Origin: an uncultured archaeon
GTDB taxonomy: Archaea > Thermoproteota > Nitrososphaeria > Nitrososphaerales > Gagatemarchaeaceae
Assembly (NCBI GenBank): GCA_963817525.1
Contig: CAWFOU010000007.1
Location: forward strand, 768,001-832,000
DNA length: 64,000 nt
Direction: 5' to 3'
Shown piece by piece: positions 56,740 through 64,000 of the stretch. A program made the translations under genes and the position numbers. Numbering within the stretch: position 1 is the first letter of the stretch; each line of letters begins with the position of its first letter. The notes under the pieces were generated by a model, which ran no database searches, was not told the origin of the DNA, and saw nothing but the letters and a program-made list of their open reading frames with translations.

Positions 56740-57858
56740 ATGCCTGTACTGGCGAACATGACCCTCCAATTCGGGAGCGACGTGACCGGCCTCATCAACG
56801 TAGTGTGGCTGCTGTCGTTCTTCGTCTTCATAGTGTACGGGCAGCGGATCCAGGTTTACATAGTTGGAAACGACATTTCCAGAGCGCTCAACCGTCTGAA
56901 GCTCATGAAGGACAAGTCGAGGAAGGAGGCGGTCGACTACTTTGTGGGAACAGGAAAGACCAGCGCGGACCCGGCGACTAAGATCGACGAGTTCCTCGAG
57001 TACGTCACGATAATGCCGGTCGACCTCGACCCGCAGGGGATCGTCGGCAAGATAGAGCACATCACCGAGACCCGGGACGACAGGGTCAGGGGCGAGGTGA
57101 AGAAGATGCTCCCGAACGCCGAGCCCATCAAGGTCTCGGTGGCCGAGAACATTCTGGAGATCGCGAGCTCCCTGAACATGATCCACAAGATAGTCAGGCA
57201 CTACTATCTGCTTGGGAAGAAGACCAACTCCTACATCCTCCTCGTGCAGCTGCAGATGATAATGCCCCAGGTCCTGATGGAGGCCGACGCGCTCATCAAC
57301 GCGGTGGACACATTCAAGCTCGGGCAGCCCGTCGGCGACGGCATTGGGCCGATAATCGCGTCCAAGTACATGGTGAACCTTCCCAAGCAGACGGTCGCGA
57401 AGGACACGGTGATGTCCGTCACGGAGTACAAGGGGCGGACCCTCTACGTCCTAAAGGCGGAAGGCCCGATGGGATACGTGGGCGAACCCGGCCTCGCGAT
57501 CCAGAAGGTGATCGAGGAGATGAACATCCCTCTCAACGCCATCATCATGGTCGACGCCGCGCTGAAGCTCGAGGGCGAGAAGACGGGCGACGTGGCGGAA
57601 GGAATCGGCGCGGCCATCGGCGGGATCGGGACCGACAAGTTCCGCATCGAGGAGGTCTCGTCCAAGCACAAGGTGCCGGTCTACGCCATCCTGGTGAAGC
57701 AGAGCATCCTGGAGGCGATCACGGTCATGAGGAAGGACATCACCGACGCCAGCGACAGGGTGCACACCCTCATCGGGAACCTCATCGAGGAGCAGACGAA
57801 GGAAGGGGACAAGGTCCTCCTCGCTGGCATCGGCAACTCACTGGGGGTCGGGCAGTAG
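56740..57858 (+). CDS. DUF1512 family protein
   Basis: PVDLDPQG, PVGDGIGP, VDAALKLEGE, GIGNSLGVGQ. Confidence 0.88.
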   Translation: MPVLANMTLQFGSDVTGLINVVWLLSFFVFIVYGQRIQVYIVGNDISRALNRLKLMKDKSRKEAVDYFVGTGKTSADPATKIDEFLEYVTIMPVDLDPQGIVGKIEHITETRDDRVRGEVKKMLPNAEPIKVSVAENILEIASSLNMIHKIVRHYYLLGKKTNSYILLVQLQMIMPQVLMEADALINAVDTFKLGQPVGDGIGPIIASKYMVNLPKQTVAKDTVMSVTEYKGRTLYVLKAEGPMGYVGEPGLAIQKVIEEMNIPLNAIIMVDAALKLEGEKTGDVAEGIGAAIGGIGTDKFRIEEVSSKHKVPVYAILVKQSILEAITVMRKDITDASDRVHTLIGNLIEEQTKEGDKVLLAGIGNSLGVGQ

Positions 57859-57859
57859 G

Positions 57860-58081
57860 ATGAGCACCGCGCCCGCGCCGCAGCCCCAGCAGCAGCAGAA
57901 CCAGGCCAAGGCCAAGTTCACGGTCTACACCATCGAGGAGTGCCCCGCGTGCGGCCAGAAGACCAAGCGCGCGTTCCAGGTGGGCGACTACATCACGAAG
58001 GACGGCGCGGTCTGCAGCAAGTGCGGAAACGTGACCAAGATCACCCTGATCTACGCCGAGCCCGTGGTCAAGGCTAAGTAA
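57860..58081 (+). CDS. Small zinc-ribbon protein
   Basis: CPACG..RAFQVGDY..CSKCG. Confidence 0.8.
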   Translation: MSTAPAPQPQQQQNQAKAKFTVYTIEECPACGQKTKRAFQVGDYITKDGAVCSKCGNVTKITLIYAEPVVKAK

Positions 58082-58973
58082 GAATAACCAGCGAGTTCCC
58101 TTCCAGCTTCATCGTGTGCTCGAACTGCGCCACTGGAGCGTTCGACGCCTCGACGAGCGTCGGGTAGCCGCGCACTATCCTCCGACTCTCCAGCTCCGCC
58201 AGCAGCTTCGGTAGCCTCTCGCGCCCGAACTCCTTCGTGAACCACCTCGGGGTGAAAGGCAGGCTCTTCCTCGCGCCCCAGATGTGGTCGACGAGCCGGT
58301 CCAGCTCCCCTACCCCCGTCCTCTTCCGCATGATGAGAGAGTAGATCGTGACCCTCGTGTCCTTGGGGTCGTCCATCACGTACCCGGCGGCGGTGCCCAG
58401 CGTGAGGAAGGGCTCGATGGCGAAGACGTCGTCCTTCCTCAGGACGGGCTGGTTGGGCGCGTAGACGTTGGGGATGCTCTTCCCCGCGTGGACGGTGTAC
58501 TGCTCCAGCGTGTGCCCGCTCAGGTTGCTGATCGTCTTGAACCCCTCCTTGCGCGCGGCCGCCTCTATCGCCTTCCCGATCTCTCCCGTCCTAGGGTCCT
58601 TTTTGACCACGGCGATGGCCGCCTCCAGCGCCCTCTTCGTCGTCTCGAGGAGGAGCTGGTACTCGTTGTTCTCCGTGACCGTCACGGCGGTGTCGGCGAT
58701 GTAGCCGTCGAAGTGCACCCCGTAGTCTATCTTCACCACGTCCCCGCTTCCTATCCGGGTCAGGTCGCCCTCCTGGGGTGCGAAGTGCGCTGTGACGCCG
58801 TTGATGCCGATCCCCGTGGGGAAGGCGGGCTGGCCTCCCCTCCTGGCTATCTCGTCCTCGATGCTGGTCGCTATCTCCAGGCACGTCTGGGGGACCGAGA
58901 CGTTCTGGAGTATCCACTCGCGCATCTCCCTCGCGAGCCTCCCCGCCTTCACGTACTGCTCAGGAACGCCCAT
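58074..58973 (-). CDS. map: Methionine aminopeptidase type II
   Basis: AFPT...AHF, DYGVHFDGYIAD, GH, AIEPF, QFEHT. Confidence 0.95.
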   Translation of the reverse strand: MGVPEQYVKAGRLAREMREWILQNVSVPQTCLEIATSIEDEIARRGGQPAFPTGIGINGVTAHFAPQEGDLTRIGSGDVVKIDYGVHFDGYIADTAVTVTENNEYQLLLETTKRALEAAIAVVKKDPRTGEIGKAIEAAARKEGFKTISNLSGHTLEQYTVHAGKSIPNVYAPNQPVLRKDDVFAIEPFLTLGTAAGYVMDDPKDTRVTIYSLIMRKRTGVGELDRLVDHIWGARKSLPFTPRWFTKEFGRERLPKLLAELESRRIVRGYPTLVEASNAPVAQFEHTMKLEGNSLVILT

Positions 58974-59034
58974 GGGCCCTACACCTAGCCCCGACCGGAG
59001 CGATTATTATCTCCGACCCGCCCCGACCCGTGAC

Positions 59035-59541
59035 GTGGCGACCCCCTACCCAAAGTTCCCGAAGGTCGCGACAGGCGGGACCTTCGACCAGCTCCACGCG
59101 GGGCACAGGCGCCTCCTCGAGAAGGCGTTCGAGGTCGGGGACGAGGTCGTCATAGGCCTGACCTCCGACGAGTTCGCGAAGAAGGAGGGCAAGTCCCCGA
59201 AGCACCCCTACGCGACGAGGAGGGCCGACCTCGAAGCGTTCCTCAAGGCGAGGTTCCCCGGCAGGCGCTACACCATCGCGAAGCTCGACGACTACTTCGG
59301 GCCGGGGATTGCCAGCAAGGACGTCGTCGCCCTGGTCGCCAGCCCCGAGACGGGGAAGAAGGTCGACCTCGCCAACAAGACGAGGGCCCAGCGGGGCTTC
59401 CCCCCGCTCCAGCTCGCGATAGTGGACTGGGTCCTGGCCGAGGACGGGAGGCCTATCTCCTCCACCAGGATCAAGAAGGGCGAGATAGACATGGAAGGGA
59501 GGCTCATCGAGCGCAAGAGGCCAGGCGGCAGGTCGAGATGA
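59035..59541 (+). CDS. coaD: Phosphopantetheine adenylyltransferase
   Basis: GGTFDQLHAGH, GLTSD, SPET, ISSTRI; GTG at 59035. Confidence 0.92.
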   Translation: MATPYPKFPKVATGGTFDQLHAGHRRLLEKAFEVGDEVVIGLTSDEFAKKEGKSPKHPYATRRADLEAFLKARFPGRRYTIAKLDDYFGPGIASKDVVALVASPETGKKVDLANKTRAQRGFPPLQLAIVDWVLAEDGRPISSTRIKKGEIDMEGRLIERKRPGGRSR

Positions 59542-59604
59542 CGACCAAAGGCCCATCCAGGGGACAGAGGAATTAATAATCCGACCCGGCGAGTCGAGCC
59601 CAGC

Positions 59605-60735
59605 TTGGAGAAAGACAGGCTCGACCCCTGGGGCGAGACCTTCATCGGGAACTACGAGCGCCTCCACAAGGAGTTCGGGATCGAGCGGATGGACTCCATC
59701 CTGCCTAGGTTCAAGAAGCCGAGCCTCCACATCCGGCGGGGCATCGACTTTGGGCATCGGGACCTCGGGAGGGTCCTCGACGCCGTGGACAACAACAAGG
59801 ACTTCGCGGTGATGAGCGGAATCAAGCCCACGGGGAACTTCCACCTGGGCACGAAGATGACCGCGGACGACATGGTCTACTTCCAGTCCCTCTCGAAGAA
59901 GGCGACAGTCTTCTACTGCATCGCCGACGTCGAGGCCTATAACGACAACGGGCTCTCCTTCGCCGAGAGCTCGAAGATAGCCGTCCAGAACGTGGCGGAC
60001 ATCCTCGCGCTGGGGCTCGACCCTGAAAGGGCCGTCGTCTACAAGCAGAGCGAGGAGGTCAGGGTGATGAGGCTCTCCGCCATCTTCGGGAGCAGCGTCA
60101 CCAACAACATGCTCAGGGCGATCTACGGGGAGAGGCAGATAGGCCTCTACATCTCGGCGCTCATCCAGGTCGGGGACATACTCATGCCGCAGCTGAAGGA
60201 GTTCGGCGGGCCCAAGCCCGTGCTCGTCCCCGTAGGGGCGGACCAGGACCCGCACCTCAGGCTCGCCCGGGACATCGCGAACGCCTACCACCAGGACTTT
60301 GGGTTCATCCCGCCCTCGTCGATATATCACAAGCTCCTCAAGAGCCTGGACGGGAGCACCAAGATGTCGAAGAGGAGCGCCGCGTCGTCCTTCACTCTCG
60401 ATGAGCTGCCCGCCTCCGCCGCGAAGAAGGTGATGTCGGGCTTCACCGGAGGGAGGGCGAGCGTAGAGGAGCAGAGGAAGCTCGGCGGGGAGGCCGACAA
60501 GTGCCCCATCTACGACCTCTACCTCTTCCACTTTGCCATGGAGGACGAGTACGCGAAGAGGGTCTACGACGAGTGCTACAAGGGCGTGAGGATGTGTGGC
60601 GAGTGCAAGCAGGAGCTCGCGACGATCGTCAAGCGCTATCTGGAAGAGCATCGCCGCAAGCGCGACTCCCTGATGAAGGACGCCGAGGAGCTTTTGAAGA
60701 GCAGCAAGAAGAGGCTGGCCGCCCTAGCGAGCTAG
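59605..60735 (+). CDS. trpS: Tryptophan-tRNA ligase
   Basis: PTGNFHLG, GADQDPH, KMSK, CGECK. Confidence 0.96.
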   Translation: MEKDRLDPWGETFIGNYERLHKEFGIERMDSILPRFKKPSLHIRRGIDFGHRDLGRVLDAVDNNKDFAVMSGIKPTGNFHLGTKMTADDMVYFQSLSKKATVFYCIADVEAYNDNGLSFAESSKIAVQNVADILALGLDPERAVVYKQSEEVRVMRLSAIFGSSVTNNMLRAIYGERQIGLYISALIQVGDILMPQLKEFGGPKPVLVPVGADQDPHLRLARDIANAYHQDFGFIPPSSIYHKLLKSLDGSTKMSKRSAASSFTLDELPASAAKKVMSGFTGGRASVEEQRKLGGEADKCPIYDLYLFHFAMEDEYAKRVYDECYKGVRMCGECKQELATIVKRYLEEHRRKRDSLMKDAEELLKSSKKRLAALAS

Positions 60736-60740
60736 TTCAC

Positions 60741-62240
60741 ATGGAGAAGACCCCGCTTCACCCGATCGAGCGCAAGGTCCTCGCCTCCCTCACGGACGGC
60801 CCCAAGGTCTTCGACGCGCTCGTCTCCTCCTCTGGCCTGCTCGCGGACCAGGTGAGGCGCTCCATCTCCTGGCTCTCCTCGAAGGGCCTGGTCACCACGA
60901 CGGATGTCTCGAGCGTGGAGCTCAAGCTGGTCACTTCCCCGCCCGAGCTCGTCTTCCTGGAGAGCCTGCGCGAAGGCGGCGGCGAGTCGTCGGTCGCGCG
61001 ACTCAGGAACGTACTCGGCGAGGACCGCGGCTTCTCCGCCGCGATGGGGCGGGCCGTCTCGGCGGGCTGGGTCGAGGTGAAGGACGGGATGATGGGGCAG
61101 ACTGTGATCCTAAAGGACAAAGAGGCGGGGAGGGACCTCGAGCGCTTGGCCTCGCTCCTCAAGAAGGCCGTGGACGAGGCGAGCGTCAAGGAGGCGCAGA
61201 GGGCCACCGTCGCGGACCTCGTCAAGAGGGGGCTCGTCGAGAGGAAGGAGTCCAAGACTGTGAGCGTCACGATTACCCCCGATGGGGTCGAGGCGCTGAG
61301 ATCGGCCGATGACCAGGGCTTCGAGAGGCTCACCCCTGAGATACTCTCGTCCCTCAGGGCGACCGGGATCGACGTGAAGCTGAGGCCCATCGACGTGAGC
61401 GCAGAGGCCCCCACCTTCCACCCAGGGAGGAGGCACCCAGTCAAGGAGCTCATCGCCGAAGTGAGGGAGGTCTACGTCTCTATGGGGTTCCAGGAGATAA
61501 CCGGGGAGTCGGTCCAGTCCGCGTTCTGGAACTTCGACGCGCTCTTCACGCCGCAGAACCACCCCGCGCGCGAGCTGCAGGACACCTTCTACGTGAAGGG
61601 CATGAGCGACCAGAAGATCTCTAGGACGGGGGTCGTGGCGGACGTCGCGGCCGCGCACGAGGCGGGGTGGCAGACGGGGAGCAAGGGCTGGCGATACAAG
61701 TGGAACGTGGAGGAGGCGCGACGTCTAGTCCTCAGGACCCACAATACCGCGGTCACCGTCCAGGCTACGCGGGATTCGGGCGGCGCCGAGACCAGGGTCT
61801 TCAGCGTGGCGAGGGTCTACCGGAACGAGAGCCTCGACTACAAGCACCTCGCGGAGCTCCACCAGATGGAGGGGATAGTCATCGGCGAGGGCCTGAACCT
61901 CCGCCACCTCATGGGCATCCTCACCAAGTTCTACGGGAAGCTGGGGATGAGCGGCGTCAAGCTCTGGCCCTCCTACTTCCCGTACACGGAGCCCTCCATG
62001 CAGGTGATGGTGTACTACGACAAGGTGGGCAAGTGGCTGGAGATGGGCGGCTCGGGGATCTTCAGGCCCGAGGTGACGTGGCCTCTGGGCGTCAAGAAGC
62101 CCGTTATAGCGTGGGGCTGCGGCCTCGAGCGCCTCCTTATGCTGAGGCTCGGCATGGAAGACATCAGGGAGCTCTACAACAACGACCTAGGCTGGCTGAG
62201 GGAGAGAAAAGAGATTGCCGGTACTCAAGATATTCTTTAG
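60741..62240 (+). CDS. pheS: Phenylalanine-tRNA ligase alpha
   Basis: WNFDALF.PQNHPARELQDTF, YRNE, YFPYTEPS. Confidence 0.97.
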   Translation: MEKTPLHPIERKVLASLTDGPKVFDALVSSSGLLADQVRRSISWLSSKGLVTTTDVSSVELKLVTSPPELVFLESLREGGGESSVARLRNVLGEDRGFSAAMGRAVSAGWVEVKDGMMGQTVILKDKEAGRDLERLASLLKKAVDEASVKEAQRATVADLVKRGLVERKESKTVSVTITPDGVEALRSADDQGFERLTPEILSSLRATGIDVKLRPIDVSAEAPTFHPGRRHPVKELIAEVREVYVSMGFQEITGESVQSAFWNFDALFTPQNHPARELQDTFYVKGMSDQKISRTGVVADVAAAHEAGWQTGSKGWRYKWNVEEARRLVLRTHNTAVTVQATRDSGGAETRVFSVARVYRNESLDYKHLAELHQMEGIVIGEGLNLRHLMGILTKFYGKLGMSGVKLWPSYFPYTEPSMQVMVYYDKVGKWLEMGGSGIFRPEVTWPLGVKKPVIAWGCGLERLLMLRLGMEDIRELYNNDLGWLRERKEIAGTQDIL

Positions 62241-63852
62241 ACGGTTCGAGCGGCTTACGGGGCTCTCGAAGGACAAGATCCTCGACAGGCTCCCCTACCT
62301 GGGCCTGGACATCGAGGGCACGGAGGAGGACTCCGTCAGGGTGGAGTACAACCCCAACAGGCCGGACTTTTCCACCGACTATGGAATCGCGAGGGCGATG
62401 AGGGGGCTCGTCGGGAAGGAGGTGGGGTTGGAGCCCTACCGCGCCCACGCGGGGAAGGGGAAGGTGCTCGCGGACAAGAGCCTGGCCAAGGTGAGGCCGT
62501 TCATCGCCTGCGCGGTGGCTAGGAAGCTCAAGCTCGACGAGGAGACCATCAGGCAGCTCATCTCCATGCAGGAGGACCTCCACAACGGGCTGGGGAGGAA
62601 GAGGAGGACGGTCGCCATCGGGCTCCACGACCTCGCCGCCGTGACGTTCCCCGTCTACTACGCCGCGAAGGACTCCGCGTTCGCGTTCACTCCCCTAGGC
62701 TCGGACGAGCAGATGACCGTCGCGGACATCCTCCAGAAGACGGAGACGGGGCAGGCCTACGGGCACGTACTCGCGGACACCTCGGCGTACCCCTTGCTAT
62801 ACGACTCGAAGGGGGTCGTCCTCTCGTTCCCCCCGATAATCAACGGCACCGAGACCAAGGTGGAGACCACGACGCGCGACCTCTTCGTCGACATCACCTC
62901 GACCGACGCAAGGCTCGGGGACGAGGCGCTCGCCATAGTCTGCTCGGCCCTCGCGGACGCCGGCGGAGAGCTCGAGACTGTGACGGTGAGCTACGGGAAG
63001 AAGAAGGTCGTCACGCCCTCCCTCGCGCCCTCGAAGATGAAGTTCGACCCGGAGCTTACCGAGGCGCTGACTGGCCTCCCCCTCACCAGGAAGGAGATGA
63101 AGGACTCGCTGAGGAGGAGCAGGCTCGACCTCGACGCCAAGGGCTTCGCCGTCATCCCGAGCTACAGGGTGGACATCCTCCACCAGGTGGACCTCGCGGA
63201 GGAGGTGGTCATCGGCTACGGGCTGGACAAGATGACGGCCTCATACCCGCCGAGCGCCGACGCGGGGCAGGCCGCCCCAAGCATCGAGTTCCTCGAGGCC
63301 CTGTCCCTGACGATGGCCGAGTCGGGCTTCGACGAGACGATGGGCTTCGACCTCGTGGACGCCCCCACGCTCTACGCCAACTTCGGGAGGGTCGCGGACG
63401 CCAAGCTCGAGGTGGACAACCCGCGGACCGCGGAGCACAGCCTCCTGCGCGACTCCCTCCTCCCCTCGCTAACCTCGGTCCTGGGGCGCAACACCAAGAA
63501 CGAGTACCCGCAGCGGGTCTTCGAGGCGGGGAAGGTCTTCGCGAGGGGCGAGTCGGGCGTCGTCGAGGGCTTCTCGATCGCTGCGCTCTCCGCGCACACG
63601 TCCTCCTCCTTCACCGAGGCGAAGAGCTACCTCGAGGCGCTGGTCAAGAAGCACTTTGGGCAGGAGGCTGACACGCGCCCCGGGTCGCACTGGGCCTTCG
63701 CGGAGGGGAGGTGTGCAGAGGCGCTCATCAAGGGGGTCTCGCTAGGCTATCTGGGAGAGGTGAAGCCGAGCGCCCTTGCGGCCTTCGGGGTCGACGTCCC
63801 CGTCTGCGGGTTCGAGCTCGACCTCTCGAAGAGAAGCAAGCCTCGGGCATAG
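62215..63852 (+). CDS. pheT: Phenylalanine-tRNA ligase beta
   Basis: NRPD, QEDLH, IGLHD, SFPPIIN, RVDILH..DLAEE. Confidence 0.96.
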   Translation: MPVLKIFFRRFERLTGLSKDKILDRLPYLGLDIEGTEEDSVRVEYNPNRPDFSTDYGIARAMRGLVGKEVGLEPYRAHAGKGKVLADKSLAKVRPFIACAVARKLKLDEETIRQLISMQEDLHNGLGRKRRTVAIGLHDLAAVTFPVYYAAKDSAFAFTPLGSDEQMTVADILQKTETGQAYGHVLADTSAYPLLYDSKGVVLSFPPIINGTETKVETTTRDLFVDITSTDARLGDEALAIVCSALADAGGELETVTVSYGKKKVVTPSLAPSKMKFDPELTEALTGLPLTRKEMKDSLRRSRLDLDAKGFAVIPSYRVDILHQVDLAEEVVIGYGLDKMTASYPPSADAGQAAPSIEFLEALSLTMAESGFDETMGFDLVDAPTLYANFGRVADAKLEVDNPRTAEHSLLRDSLLPSLTSVLGRNTKNEYPQRVFEAGKVFARGESGVVEGFSIAALSAHTSSSFTEAKSYLEALVKKHFGQEADTRPGSHWAFAEGRCAEALIKGVSLGYLGEVKPSALAAFGVDVPVCGFELDLSKRSKPRA

Positions 63853-63951
63853 GATATAAGGGGCCGCGGGCGTCCCGCGATCGGCTTCCGTCCTACTGCA
63901 CGCAACAAACGGCCACCCGCGAAGGCGACCAAAAGTTGCTATCATGAACGG

Positions 63952-64000
63952 ATGGTTTACCCAGTCGTGCTACAGACGGAAGCCATTTTAGAGACGAAGG
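63952..64000 (+). CDS. Possible start of a CDS truncated by window end
   Basis: MVYPVVLQTEAILETK; too short to assign. Confidence 0.3.
   Translation, partial: MVYPVVLQTEAILETK

Noticed and set aside
1-64000. CRISPR array, IS transposase, intein or group I intron
   Set aside because: No repeat-spacer periodicity or transposase motifs; atpA and nrdJ are uninterrupted.

Overview
GC-rich archaeal chromosome segment. Gene content (TiaS, TFE, MBF1, Trm56, NAC, DUF1512, stand-alone 5S rRNA, tRNAs with non-canonical BHB introns, Thermoplasma-type V/A-ATPase operon) suggests Nitrososphaerota, probably a non-ammonia-oxidising lineage (inference). The backbone is housekeeping: rad50/mre11, rnpB, tsr3, tiaS, MutS4-like pair, fluoride riboswitch-crcB, ATP synthase, nrdJ, trpS, pheST. 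The main novelty is four AT-rich free-standing homing-endonuclease genes (three LAGLIDADG, one HNH-like), each on the strand opposite a conserved host gene (tRNA-iMet, tRNA-Pro, nrdJ, an Lrp/AsnC gene). In three cases a short orphan copy of the host gene end remains on the far side of the nuclease. The functional end next to the nuclease is a modified version: a non-canonical BHB intron in the tRNAs, synonymous recoding in the protein genes. This suggests 'gene-end replacement' homing cassettes that could spread non-canonical tRNA introns. Also notable: an HTH-ATP-cone-NrdD-like protein lacking the glycyl-radical motif upstream of nrdJ with a perfect palindrome between them, a riboswitch with an anti-SD platform, a Tyr-substituted cupredoxin, and a modular family of secreted proteins.
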